A stretch of DNA of 64,000 nucleotides from Octopus sinensis (GCF_006345805.1 NW_021830459.1:1-64000); one strand, 5' to 3'. Positions 1 to 13,155 are shown, counted from the first letter of the stretch. Notes: generated from the sequence alone by a model not told the origin. Numbers and translations are program-made.

Positions 1-149
1 GTTTTGTTGTCTTCTTTAACAATTGCATATCTGCTATGTCGGAAATCTACGATAACTCCCGTCATGGCTATGAGCTTGGATCCCTGGTAATCTGTCACAC
101 CACTTACCAAGCGTACCTAGTTGCTTAGATCACCTGTTAACTAAACCCC

Positions 150-445
150 CATATATATGCAAATATATGGGAAACTACCACCTGTGTCATCTCTTGTGAA
201 AGGTAAGAGAGTCCAGTTTGCTGGACATTGTTGTAGAGCTGAAAAAGAGGTAATTTCTACTCTCCTCCTCTGGAAGACATCTACTCGCAATACCAGAGGG
301 CGCACACTCTCCTACCCTGATGTAATCTCCAGGGATACAGGCATCCAGCAACAGGACCTCCGTAATGCCATGACGGACCGTGAAGTCTGGCGTAGCATGG
401 TAAATTCCATTGTCTCGACCACGGTCGAACAATGATGATGATGAT
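150..445 (+). mobile_element. RTE-like non-LTR retrotransposon, 3' fragment
   Basis: ORF 157-435 reads YGKLPPVS..KRVQFAGHCCR..LLW..RGRTLSYPDVISRDTG..AMTDREVWR, like the C-terminus of RTE-type ORF2; ends in a (TGA)n tail. Confidence 0.65.
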
Positions 446-462
446 GTATGTATGCGTGTGTG

Positions 463-498
<36 letters not shown>

Positions 499-1071
499 TT
501 ATGTATGTATTTGTGTATGCATTTACTTGTATATGTATGTGCGTGCGAGTGTGTTTCTATGTGTTTATTCACCACCTCTGCTTGACAATCGGTGTTGGCG
601 TGTTTACATCCCTGTAAGAAACAGTCCTGCAAAAGAAACCAATTGAATAAGTACAAAGCTTTAAAATAAAAGGTACTAGAGTCGATTCGCTCGACCAAAA
701 TTCCCCCAAGGCGGTTGCTCCAGCATTGTCGAACTAAAATATCTGAAACATGTAAAACATAAAAAATATAAGCAATAAAATCGGAATAAAATGAACTTAC
801 ATTACACGTCTACAGAATAATTACTTGAGAAAGTATTACGGGAGTTACCTCCCTTGACCCATTGCTTATATTATAGTCTGGCCATGTTTGATTAAACTAG
901 AATGAGTTATTTCCCTTCTATACATTTGCAAGTTTCCAAGTGTTAATGGCTAAATTTCATAAGGCTAACACAAAACAGACATCTTTAAATAATTAGTCCT
1001 TCTACTTTAGCCATCTTTGTCAGCAAAAATATTGAAACTACAGTGAAGACTTGATTACACTTTTCGGAGGT

Positions 1072-1455
1072 GGAGGTGCAATGGCCCAGTGGTTAGGGCA
1101 GCGGACTCGCGGTCATAGAATCGCGGTTTCGATTCCCAGACCGGGCGTTGTGAGTGTTTATTGAGCGAAAACACCTAAAAGCTCCACGAGGCTCCGGCAG
1201 GGGATGGTGGTGATCCCTGCTGTACTCTTTCACCACAAACTTTCTCTCACTCTTACTTCCTGTTTCTGTTGTACCTGTATTTCAAAGGGCCGGCCTTGTC
1301 ACTCTCTGTGTCACGCTGAATATCCCCGAGAACTACGTTCAGGGTACACGTGTCTGTGGAGTGCTCAGCCACTTACACGTTAATTTCACGAGCAGGCTGT
1401 TCCGTTGATTCGGATCAACCGGAACCCTCGTCGTCGTAACTGACGGAGTGCTTCC
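1072..1455 (+). mobile_element. tRNA-derived SINE family A, full length
   Basis: A-box TGGCCCAGTGG and B-box GTTTCGATTCC; 14-bp TSD TACACTTTTCGGAG (1056-1069 / 1463-1476); eight further copies in the window. Confidence 0.9.
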
Positions 1456-1489
1456 CCCCACCTACACTTTTCGGAGCACCGAGAGCAAA

Positions 1490-1748
1490 AAGTTACGGGG
1501 TCCTAAACACACCAGCATCGGTTGTCAAGCAATGCTAGGGGGACAAACACAGACACACAAACACATACACACACATATATATATATACATATATACGACA
1601 GGCTTCTTTCAGTTTCCGTCTACCGAATCCACTCACAAGACATTGGTCGGCCCGGGGCTATAGCAGAAGACACTTGCCCAAGCTGCCACGCAGTGGGACT
1701 GCAACCGGAACCATGTGGTTGGTTAGCAAGCTATTTACCACACAGCCA
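1490..1748 (-). mobile_element. SINE family C, partial
   Basis: Matches full copies at 38726-39099 and 42714-43141, including the internal (CA)/(TA) tract. Confidence 0.85.
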
Positions 1749-1779
1749 AGTTTGCTTCGTAATAACATGATTCCGTGCA

Positions 1780-3500
1780 GTCGAATTTGATGACACAGAG
1801 TTGTACGATGAACGATTGATGTCTACTCTAGCCTGGAGCGAAATTTCATGGATGAAAAGAGAGAGAGGTAAACAGTTTCTAGAAATGTAGGTCTCGGATA
1901 CATTTTTATTTGTATTATGAAGGTTGGACAGTTCCCGTGACGCCTTTCCCAGGCATCGACACTGGACGCTGAGATACCAGATTGGCTGATGGTCGCATGG
2001 ATTACTCTTATCCCCAAGGCGATCTGGCAGAAACGTTAGCACGCCGGGCGAAATGCGTAGCCGTATTTCGTCTGCCGCTACGTTCTGAGTTCAAATTCCG
2101 CCGAGGTCGACTTTGCCTTTCATCCTTTCGGGGTCGATAAATTAAGTACCAGTTACGCACTGGGGTCGATGTAATCGACTTAATCCGTTTGTCTGTCCTT
2201 GTTTGTCCTCTCTGTGTTTAGCCCCTTGTGGGTAGTAAAGAAATAGGATTACTCTTATCCCCAAGGACAAAAAAGACCCATGTGACCAAAAACCATAGGC
2301 CAATAAAGATGCCATGCAGCATGGTTAAACGACATGTGAAGTGAGTACTGAGGAAAATCAATTGAGAGAGACCTGATAGTAGGCTACTGGTACAAAAAGC
2401 TCAAGTACTACAGGGAAATTACTATGGACCTCTTTAAAATAAAAAAAAACAACAACAAAAGACGCTGAGATACCAGATTGGCTGACGGTCGCATGGACTA
2501 CTCTTATCCCCAAGGACAAAAAAGACCCAAAACTATGTGACCAAAAACTATAGGCCCATAAAATGCCTAAATGTTACGTATAAACTGTTCACAGGTTGTT
2601 TGAATAAGTTTCTCCAAGACCCCCCCCCAAACAAAAACAAATAGAGTGATAACAGATGAACAGGCAGGAGGAAGGAGGAAGACTGGGGCTGTGCTTGACC
2701 GCCCCTCCCCAGCAGAGCTGCTCTTAAGGAAGCCAAGCAACATCGTCATAATTTCCTAACGATATGGCTAGATTAAAAGAATGCGTTAGTCTCTGTGCCT
2801 CGTTCATGGCTGATAGAACCACTAAATCTTGTCAAAGTACCAGCTGCTATTGTGAATGGCATTGAAAGACTGACTGCAATTTGGTCCACACAGTTAGCAC
2901 TGACAACTACCAAAGCAAATAGCTAGTGTTACAAACAGAATCAAGCTATCAACAGACACATTTCAGGGCGATAGTTTATCTGTAATGCTGTCTGTATTGG
3001 CTGTGGATCCTTTGTCAAACCTGTTAAAAAATGCTACAGCTACATGCAGAGTGCGCAGAAAAGAATAAAGTTAATGTTAGCCACACATTTTTTTGTTGGT
3101 GATTAAAAATTATATTCTGGTAATATGACCAGCATCAAGAGAACAATACTCACGAGATATAAGAATAGGGCAAGATAAATGCCCACACATGATAGTCAAC
3201 CGAGGAAACATTATCGACCAGGCATAGAACATGAACATCAATGGCATGTCTCTCTCTCCTTTCTCTAATTATGAAGGCTACAAGTACTTCGAAATCGATG
3301 AGAATGTTGCATACATTAGAGACAGAATCCAGAATAACAACATAGTACTTCTGAAGACTCCGGAAAATATGGAGCTCAGAGCTCTTAACAAGACCCTATC
3401 TCACAATGCTTTTGTAGTGCCAGAGATAGTACCAACATTTAGAATATTGGACTGGTCACTCGTTGAGATACGCAGCCACGACATCAAAACAGAGTAGAAA
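1780..3500 (+). mobile_element. R4/Dong-like (RLE-type) non-LTR retrotransposon, decayed RT region
   Basis: Broken frames give DLIVGYWYKKL, IPDWL..TTLIPK, KNYRPIKCLNVTYKLFTGCLNKFL, EQAGG, WLD*KNA..SVP.SWLIE, FQGDSLS, YKYF, FVVPEIVPTF.ILDW; many stops and frameshifts. Confidence 0.8.
2016..2246 (+). mobile_element. SINE family B monomer (CORE-like central domain) inserted in the LINE
   Basis: Central GTCGACTTTGCCTTTCATCCTTTCGGGGTCGATAAA; flanking duplication GGATTACTCTTATCCCCAAGG (1999-2019 / 2246-2266). Confidence 0.9.
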
Positions 3501-4480
3501 CTATCACGTCAATTTTGTTTTAAAGTCTAGCGTGAAAGTGCGTGGCCTCATGGTAGGTCGTACTTTTCGGGTTCGATTCTCGAACCATGCGTTTCATTGT
3601 GTCCTTGGGTAAGTCACTTCATTTCACTCTTTTCTAACTTACTCACTTAAAATTGAGTTGTCTCTTGTGAAAAGTGGACAGCGTTGAAATGAAATAGAAA
3701 ATCAACCCCGGTGGCATCTGAATTTGGAACCTAAGGGTACTCTATGAAACAACACGTAGCAATTCCACCACAACTTATGCCAATCCGCTGCCTTTTGATT
3801 CTCTATATATTGATAACTTGAAGTCATAGAATGTTGATAAACAGGAATGAACTTTGCTTTAAAACCAACCTCATATTAAATAAGGTGATATGTTGCACCA
3901 CTTGGCATCAAATAATACGATTACTGTTTGAATGATCGATATCGTGAATATTCGATTTTCTATAACTTCCATATTCGTCCGATTGCTAATAAATTATCTT
4001 GTGCATGATGTCTATATACTTTTGTTCAAAGGCGAAGTTATGTCGCCATTTCATGTCGTGGCAAACATTCCTGTTACTGCTGTTTCATGCTGTGGCAATC
4101 GTTCCTGTTAATGCAGACATTTTCTGCTTACTCTGAAAGATTTCTTTATCAAAGAGTTGATAGAAAGGCGTACAGCAAACGGAAGTAAATCGATGAGAAG
4201 CCACTCTTGAATGTTTGACGATAATAAGGAAAGACAAATAATAAGGAATGTTTACTGCTCCTGTTAGAAATAACAGTCAAAGATCTCTTGTGAATAACAC
4301 CTTATCGACTTAAAAACAGGACACAGTTACTAATATAATCTTAGATACGTTACTCCTTCCTTGGGCACTCAGCTTCTGGTGGAATCATAGGAGCATCCTC
4401 ATCACATACAGTGAAGTGCAGGAATTTTAAACTTGGTAGTTCTCCCACCTTTCTAGGATTGCCCACGGCCAATTTCATTA

Positions 4481-4529
<49 letters not shown>

Positions 4530-5447
4530 GGAGAGAGAAAGAGTAAAAAAAAGGACGGAAGGAAATGAGAGGGAAGAATCGATGTCAAGACTTTATCATT
4601 CTAAGAGTACGAGCGGCAACGTTGATCTCCGGGATTTGAAATAGAAATCAGAGAGCCGGAACGAATGCCACAAAACATTCTGACCTTTCAGTAACTAAGG
4701 TTGGCACTAGTACTTTACTGGTACTCTCTGTTATCGATCTCGGAAGGACAAAAGACTTCGACGATATTTGGACCTAAAAACCTAGAGCAAATCCTGCAAG
4801 ACATCTGATTAAGGATTCTGGCAGTCTATCACACTATATTGGTTTCAAATTTTGGTACAAGGCCAGCAATTTCGCGAATGGGGATAAGTCACTTACATCG
4901 ACCCGAGGGCTCAGTTGGTAGTTATTTGATCGACTCCAAAATGATGAAATGCAAAGTTGACCCCGGCGACGTTTGACGTCAGAGCATAAAGTCGGAAGAA
5001 ATGATCCTAAACACATTTTACAATACGGTAACGATTCTTCTGGCCTGCCGCCTTAGTCTACCATACTGTACTAGAAATGCTAGTAATAAACCCTGCTTCT
5101 TACTTAAACACAAAAAAGAGTGAAGAACAGGATCGTCATGGTTGGAACGCATTTAATCGTAATCCTGTTTAATCTGGTTTGACCTGATATTATACAACGA
5201 ATGAAGGCCCAATAAAATGGTTGAAATGATAAATATAGCAATTGTGTATATTTCTTTTTGAAAATCGATCCAGTGTTTGAACAGATTAAAAGTGCAATAA
5301 AAAGAAACTATTAAAGTAAATTAATGACATCAAACTATCATCATTGATCTGTCGATTGATAGAAATCAGTATAAAGTCGATATTTTAACGGCAAAGTTGA
5401 AAAAAAAATATACCGAACATGTTTATACAGTTTCTTGTTATTAACAT

Positions 5448-5569
5448 TTATGTTGATGGTATAAAATTATTGGCTTTTTTCTGGAGACTGTTCTTGCTTT
5501 CATCTTTCGAATCTACATTCTGTGAGTAAATGAGCAAACGTGGGTGTATTTGTGTGGTCTGTTGGTCGG
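5448..5569 (-). CDS. Candidate terminal coding exon, unknown product
   Basis: Acceptor ttacttctatttcaag|, phase-1 frame xDQQTTQIHPRLLIYSQNVDSKDESKNSLQKKANNFIPST*; no recognised homology. Confidence 0.2.
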
Positions 5570-6540
5570 CTTGAAATAGAAGTAATGTTTCATGCATATA
5601 CAAAATGTACAGTATTTCAAAGCACAGATTGGATATTAAGATACGCATATATTCATGAAAGTCAGGGTAATCATTATATGTCAACTCTATTAGGATTCCA
5701 GCGGCTTTTCACTCCTGAGTCAATATGAGACTTGCGTGCGATTGTTTGACTTCTCCAAATTATAAGTGATTGCTTTAGTAAATATTTAGATGATGAATTT
5801 CTGGATAGACTTTCCTTGGAAATAAGATGTAGTGGTCATGTATGGAGAAACTTTGAAGAGGACTGCTTAAAACCTACTTTTTTCATTTTCCTTTGAAGAA
5901 CGTTCAGAGTGACAACGGTTTGGAATGCAAGGTATATCCTAAAACACTACATGTGTTAGATTTTGTCATTTTGGCTGGTTATTAGGGCTGGACCTACCAC
6001 TGAAGAAGCGCAGTATTCTGAAATCACGTGATCTGGATACTTCCGATGCTCATACCAGACGGTTCTCGTCTGTTACGATACCCTCAATGCCATTTGGGAG
6101 GGATGGATACCGGGTGTTTCACCATTTTTTGTGGCTTGTCAACATGAATAACCCGCCGGCGATATCTAAGCGTATATATCCTGCTATGCTATTGGAGCCA
6201 TCAGAAAATACACAAAACATATTCATTCATTAAACGTATGCAGTTAATAATATTTATTATACCAGAGATGCTTTTATTTCATATCTAAATATTCTCTGGG
6301 GTATGCAATTTCCTACCATGCTAGCTCGTGATTATACAAGCCATGAGCATAAAAGCCGTGGACTGCTTAGGCGATTTGCCTTCAACTCTGGCGAGTACGT
6401 GATGTTGAAAAGCCACAGCAATGGTGAAACACCCGGTGTCCATCACTCTCGACTGGGATTCAGGGTGAGTTATCACCCCTGCCCATGATCCTGTGGTGTT
6501 TTAGCAATGTACAAAGCATATGCATTAAGTATATGTAGTT

Positions 6541-6556
6541 AATAATGATAATAATG

Positions 6557-6633
<77 letters not shown>

Positions 6634-6798
6634 AAGAAGAAGATCATGGAATTTAGGTATATCGTTAATGTATTCCTTACGTGAATGTAAGAGAATGTCC
6701 CAAGAACCGTTCCAAATTTATCTTCTCCATTTTTATTTTATATTACAAATCGTCTTCTTACTCATTAAAATGATGTATATTTATAAGTATGTATATAG

Positions 6799-6832
<34 letters not shown>

Positions 6833-6866
6833 TATATACATATATATATATATACATATAATTATA

Positions 6867-6915
<49 letters not shown>

Positions 6916-6960
6916 GTGTGTGTGTGTGTGTGTATTATTATTATTATATTATTAATTATT
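6541..6960. repeat. Microsatellites (TAA)n(GAA)n at 6541-6643, then (TA)n/(TG)n/(TTA)n
   Basis: Seen directly. Confidence 0.95.
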
Positions 6961-7380
6961 ATTGTTATCTTTTTTTCTTCTCTTTTCAAATTTGCTTCCA
7001 TTTCTTGCCGAGTGTCTTCCCGACTCCTAGGACAAAGAAACTCATAGTATGTGTGAAAAAAATAAGTTCAAGTAGAACAATTCAAACTTTTTTTTGGTGG
7101 TGGGGTCCAAAAAGATATATTTCTAATAAATATTCTTCATATCAAAATAATAGCTTGCTATAAACAGGCATTTAAGATATGAAAATAACAAGTAAAAAAC
7201 TTTACGTAGTTTGTAGTAATGTGTGCGCTTATATATTTGTTCTGATACTCCAGGAAGAAATTTTAATCCAAACCACGCGTTTAATGAACCAAGCATCATT
7301 TTATCAAAGGAAGAGAGACAGCCGCTACCTAACCTGAATTAATAATAGAATGCACTCATACACATTGATATTCGTATATA

Positions 7381-8527
7381 TATTTCTTTACTACCCACAA
7401 GGGGCTAAACATAGAGGGAACAAACAAGGACTGACAAATGGATTAAGTCTATTACATCGACCCCAGTGCGTAACTGGTACTTAATTTATCGATTCCGAAA
7501 GGCAAAGTCGACCTCGGCGGAATTTGAACTCAGAAAGTAGCGGCAGACGAAATACCTATTTCTTTATTACCCACAAGGGGCTAAACACAGAGGGGACAAA
7601 CAAGGACAGACATAGATATTAAGTCGATTACATCGACCCCAGTGTGTAACTGGTACTTAATTTATCGATCCCGAAAGGATGAAAGGCAAAGTCGACCTCG
7701 GCGGAATTTGAACTCAGAACGTAACGGCAGACGAAATAACCTATTTCTTTATTACCCCCAAGGTGCTAAACACAGAGGGGACAAACAAGGACTGACAAAT
7801 TGATTAAGCCTATTACATCGACCCCAGTGCATAGCTGGTACTTAATTTATCGACCCCGAAAGGATGAAAGGCAAAGTCGACCTCGGCGGAATTTGAACTC
7901 AGAAAGTAGCGGCAGACGAAATACCTATTTCTTTATTACCCACAAGGGGCTAAACACAGAGGGAACAAACAAGGACTGCCAAATGGATTAAGTCTATTAC
8001 ATCGACCCCAGTGCGTAAGTGGTACTTAATTTATCGACCCCGAATGGATGAAAGGCAAAGTCGACCTCGGCGGAATTTGAACTCAGAACGTAACGGCAGA
8101 CGAAATACCTATTTCTTTATTACCCACAAGGGGCTAAACACAGAGGGGACAAACAAGGACTGACAAATGGATTAAGCCTATTACATCGACCCCAGTGCAT
8201 AGCTGGTACTTAATTTATCGACCCCGAAAGGATGAAAGGCAAAGTCGACCTCGGCGGAATTTGAACTCAGAAAGTAGCGGCAGACGAAATACCTATTTCT
8301 TTATTACCCACAAGGGGCTAAACACAGAGGGAACAAACAAGGATTGCCAAATGGATTAAGTCTATTACATCGACCCCAGTGCGTAAGTGGTACTTAATTT
8401 ATCGACCCCGAATGGATGAAAGACAAAGTCGACCTCGGCGGAATTTGAACTCAGAACGTAACGGCAGACGAAATACCGCTAAGCATTTCGCCCGGCGTGC
8501 TAACGTTTCTGCCAGCTCGCCGCTTTA
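7381..8527 (-). mobile_element. SINE family B six-unit tandem array (one head plus five extra 3' units)
   Basis: Unit starts at 7381, 7557, 7742, 7926, 8110, 8294 (period about 184 bp); tRNA-like head only at about 8475-8527; 13-bp TSD ATATTCGTATATA at 7368-7380 and 8528-8540. Confidence 0.92.
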
Positions 8528-8817
8528 ATATTCGTATATAGGTGCATCATTTTTCTTGGCTTGGTTCGAACTCAGGTTTAACGCAGGTTTATCAGTCTCT
8601 TTTTCAATTTGCCCCTGAAGGTGATTTACAAATGGATCGATTAAAATTGGAGTTTAAAAAATATAAAACAAGAGGAATGAGGTTAAAAAGGAACTGAAAT
8701 TTCAGTTCTTAATATTATTTTTGATATTGTATGTGTTAATATCGAAAAGATTTGATAATGTTAATGGCAATAAGAGTGAATGCGGGCGCACGAACATTTG
8801 TGAGTGTTTGCGTATGT

Positions 8818-8873
<56 letters not shown>

Positions 8874-10425
8874 GTGCGTGTATGTGTGTGTGTATGTGCT
8901 TCTATGTGCGCGTGTGTTTGGAAATAGCCGTCGAGCACAGGGCAGCTGGCGTTACTATGATTGATTGCTTGATAGTTTTTCAGAGAAGGTTTGATATGGC
9001 GGACGATTGTTTGATTAAAATCTGCCGAAAGCAGAAATCATGCTTTTATTCCCAGAATCCTCTACCCCTACCCTACCCCCACCTCACACCTAAACACACA
9101 CACAAATACTTCCTAATGTGATTTCCTGGTCCTACTTGAAGATGAATGTAAAGAGAGATCTAGTTGTCTTGCAGCAGGATTTTATAACTGTTGAGTGAAG
9201 AATATGGCTTTATTCGAAATGGATGCGAGTTGGGGTGGTTGGGTAAAAGGATCGGTGGAAGAAAGAAGCACTTAACTCAAGTGGAAGAGTCGAAAAGACT
9301 TTTGCCTCGAAGACATCTGCGATACCATTTTGTTCACTGGTTTATTCTCTTTCATCTTTTTCGTTTGTTTCCTCTTTTAATTTCTTGTTAATTTTGTTAA
9401 TTTAGTTTGTACGTGTCTCTGTGTTAGTGTTTTTGAGTGTCTGTACGTATATGCGTGTATATAAAGAAAGATATTAAGAAAGAGAAAGCGTAAGACACAC
9501 ACACACACACATACACACACACACACGCATATAGGAGAAAGAGAGAGAGAGAGCGAGAGAGAGAGTAATCCATAATGGGAAAAATACGCTCTTACAAACA
9601 GAAAAGTAATAACTAGTGGTTTATTGACTTATTAAGACATGGCCAGATGTTTCGACTCATGTCTCTTCTGTGCAGACTTGTAAACATGTGGAAAGGTGAA
9701 CGATATTTATTATAAATTTTGAGGTGATCTGGTTCAGTGACCAATACAATGATATTGGTTATAATAACAACAACAATATCAACAATAGTACTTTTATGCT
9801 TATTCTTATTAAGTATCTTTCATCGAGAGAAATAACCAATCCTATCGCTGCCACCATATAATACGCCCTTTAAATGAACTTCAATCATTTGGTTGCTGAT
9901 AACCAAGATATACCACTTTAGACCAGTCTGGTTCACCCATATTGGAAGGGTGTATAAAAAATAAAAACAAATTCCTGTTAGGATTACAACCAACTCATAT
10001 CGATCACGCAAATTCAATTTTAACTTAATATCAAATCGGTTACACTAAACGTGGTAATTGTTATTACTAAAATACTACATTCTACTTAAAGATAACTAAC
10101 TGACGCCTACCAGGCACAATGGTGTTGCTGAATATATCCTGTAGACTACTGACAAATTAACTGTAATATCCGATTTGCTACTCCTGTTGGTCCTAACAAT
10201 GACCGATGTTGGTAAGATAAGAAGAAACAACCTTGGAATTTGAAGTGACCAATACAGGCTTTAGCACATAGAAATCGTTTTGAATCCTTTTTAATTCTCT
10301 CCGCAGTTTGTCTGAACACATGCCACAAAACTCAGTCAAGCTGTTACTAAATACATATAATTCCAATTAAATGTGTCGAATAATACTTTTTATCATTTGG
10401 TTTGTCTCTCTCCTCTTAAATGGAT

Positions 10426-10806
10426 GGAAGCTCTCCGTCGGTTACGACGACGACGGTTCCGGTTGATCCGAATCAACGGAACAGCCTGCTCGTGAAATTA
10501 ACGTGTAAGTGGCTGAGCATTCCACAGACACGTGTACCCTTAATGTAGTTCTCGGGGATATTCAGCGTGACACAGAGAGTGACAAGGCCGGCCCTTTGAA
10601 ATACAGGTACAACAGAAACAGGAAGTAAGAGTGGGAGAAAGTTGTGGTGAAAGAGTACAGCAGGGATCACCACCATCCCCTGCCGGAGCCTCGTGGAGCT
10701 TTAGGTGTTTTCGCTCAATAAACACTCACATCGCCCGGTCTGGGAATCGAAACCGCGATCCCATGACCGCGAGTCCGCTGCTCTAACCACTGGGCCATTG
10801 CGCCTC
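10426..10806 (-). mobile_element. SINE family A, full length
   Basis: Near-identical to 1072-1455; TSD CTCCTCTTAAAT (10410-10421 / 10809-10820). Confidence 0.9.
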
Positions 10807-10838
10807 TACTCCTCTTAAATACATACACACACACACAT

Positions 10839-11135
10839 GAAGGCGCGTGGTTTAGTGGTTAGGATATTCGGCTCGCGATCATCGGGTCGTGAATTCGATT
10901 CCCGGCGGTTCGTTGTAACGTTGGGCGCAACACTTTATGTCACGTTGCTCCAGTTCACTAAGCTGGCAAAAAATTAGTAGTACCTATATTTAAAGGGGCC
11001 AGCCTTGTGACACTCTATGTCACGTGAAGGGATACGCATGTCTGTGAAGTGTTCAGCCGCTTGAACTGTAATCTCACGAGCAAGCTGTTCCGTTGAACAG
11101 ATCAACAGAAACCATCGTCGTTAAACGACGGAGTG

Positions 11136-11136
<1 letters not shown>
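10839..11136 (+). mobile_element. SINE family A' (different core, same 3' tail as A), diverged
   Basis: tRNA-like head, core similar to 27471-27789, tail similar to family A. Confidence 0.8.
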
Positions 11137-11186
<50 letters not shown>

Positions 11187-11409
11187 AAATTTAAAAGGAA
11201 ATACGCACACTTACATAGTTTTAATATAATTTTTAATATATCGACCGTTTCGCTATCGCTATTCATGATATTATGTTTTACTTATTTGAATATATATTTT
11301 TTCTTAAGAAGAAATTTGGTCCATGTTGTGTGTGATGAAATTCATATATATATATATATATGATTCGTTTTTATTTTGCATTGCTTCTTCCCTGTTCTTC
11401 GATTTTTGC

Positions 11410-11776
11410 GAAGGCTGAAACGAAGGAACAGCATGCTTCCATGAAATTCTATTTTCTGCTGGTGAAAAGAGCTTCAAACAGCTTACAAGGACGCTGCCAT
11501 AATCAAAACTTAAGTTTACGAGTGATTTTCACGCTTTAGCAATGGTCCCTTGTCGTTTGGAGATCAACCTCGTGCAGGACGACCGTCGACCTCCTGAACG
11601 AATGAAAACATCACGAAAATTCCTGAACTGACCTAGGAGGACCGTCACCGAAAAATAGGCGAACTTGTTGATATGACTGGCGTGTCCTAGAACTCCTGCC
11701 AACGAATTTTGAGCGAGCAACTGCGAAGGAAAAGAGTTGCAGTAAAATTTGGGCGTCGCTTGCTCACGGCTGAATG
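11410..11776 (+). pseudogene. Mariner transposase N-terminal (HTH) remnant
   Basis: EQHASMKFYFLL, VYE*FSRFSNG, SFGDQPRAGRPSTS*TNENITKI, EDRHRKIGELVDMTGVS*NSCQRIL, KRVAVKFGRRLLT; several stops; truncated by a SINE-C. Confidence 0.85.
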
Positions 11777-11780
11777 CGTG

Positions 11781-12165
11781 TCTTTTAGTTTGTCTACCAA
11801 ATCCACTCACAAGGCTTTGGTCGGCTATGGTAGAAGACACTTGCCCAAGGAGCCACGCAGTGGGACGGAACCCGGAACCATGTGGTTAGGAAGCAAGATA
11901 GTTACCACACAGCCACGCCTGCGTATACATATATTCATTTATTCGTTTACTTCGTGTTTCACTCACTTGTCTACGGCGATGCTGGAGAACGCCTGGAACG
12001 GTTTTAGTCGAAAAAAAAGACCTCAGGACTTATTTCTTAAGCTTAGTACTTATTGTATTGGTCTTTATTGCCGAACAGCTAAGTTACGGAGATGGAAACT
12101 CATGAACACCGGTTGTCAAGCGGTGATCGGGGTGGGGGTGGGAGACAAAGACAGGCGCAAAGACA
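11781..12165 (-). mobile_element. Two adjacent SINE-C fragments (5' half 11781-11923; 3' half about 11945-12165)
   Basis: Similarity to the full copy at 38726-39099. Confidence 0.75.
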
Positions 12166-12251
12166 CACACATAAATACATATATACATACATACATACAT
12201 ACACACACAGACAAACAGACCCCACACCATACATTTATAATACATACATCA

Positions 12252-12300
<49 letters not shown>

Positions 12301-12313
12301 ATATATACATTAT

Positions 12314-12365
<52 letters not shown>

Positions 12366-12476
12366 ATATATACATTATACACACATCATACATATATATA
12401 AATATATATATATATACATATATATGTATGTATTATGTATATGTATATGTATATATATGTACACACACTCACATAA

Positions 12477-12547
<71 letters not shown>

Positions 12548-12550
12548 GTG
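12165..12550. repeat. (TA)n/(CA)n/(TACA)n microsatellite field
   Basis: Seen directly. Confidence 0.95.
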
Positions 12551-12877
12551 CTAGCATAACCCTGTCGTCGGAAATGCCGACAGTTTTATTAATGATAGAA
12601 AATCGCGCATCAACACAATGGTTGAAGCCATTGAGAAATGTCAGCAATCAAATGAATGTATGTATACACAAAGAATTGAGAATAGAAGCACTTGAAGAAT
12701 CAGATACGGTTATAATATCTCGGTTGAAAATATCAGCCATACAATGTATGTGCACAAATATATATATATATGTACATTCCACACTCATATCTATATATGT
12801 GTATATGTATGTATATATATATATATCTCTCTCTATCTCTCTCTCTATCTCTCTCAATATATATATATATATTCTTT

Positions 12878-12990
12878 TATTCTTTTACTCTTTTACTCAT
12901 TCAACTAAAGCCATGCTGGAGCACCGCCTTTTAGTCGAAGAAATCGACTCATGGACTTATTGCTTGAAAGCCTGGTACATACTTTATCGG
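12878..12990 (-). mobile_element. SINE-C 3' fragment
   Basis: GCCATGCTGGAGCACCGCCTTTTAGTCGA tail motif. Confidence 0.75.
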
Positions 12991-13155
12991 TTACTTTTGC
13001 CGTTAAAATGTACAAATAGTACATTTTGTGATTTAGAGATATGTTTTATAATATATCTTATTTTTATGTATGATATGGTTTATGTCTACCATTGTTTGAA
13101 TTACATAATAGTGGTTTTTCTCTAATTTATATATATCATTATATCGACATTTTCA

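Noticed and set aside
1072-1150. tRNA-like sequences (also about 21600-21660, 33160-33210, 49555-49615 and all SINE heads)
   Set aside because: A/B boxes are present but there is no complete cloverleaf, and several run straight into SINE bodies.
6050-6125. Patches resembling 5S rRNA (CATACCA, GGTTCTCGTC, ATACCGGGTG)
   Set aside because: Spacing is wrong and the conserved A-box/C-box segments are absent.
7381-8527. Array resembling a CRISPR locus
   Set aside because: Units are contiguous SINE copies of about 184 bp with no unique spacers; eukaryotic context; no cas genes.
9645-9675. Further hammerhead-like strings (also 52385-52420, 39480-39500, 40490-40500, 13250-13265)
   Set aside because: The core or GAAA is altered and helix I/III pairing is missing; at best decayed Penelope remnants.
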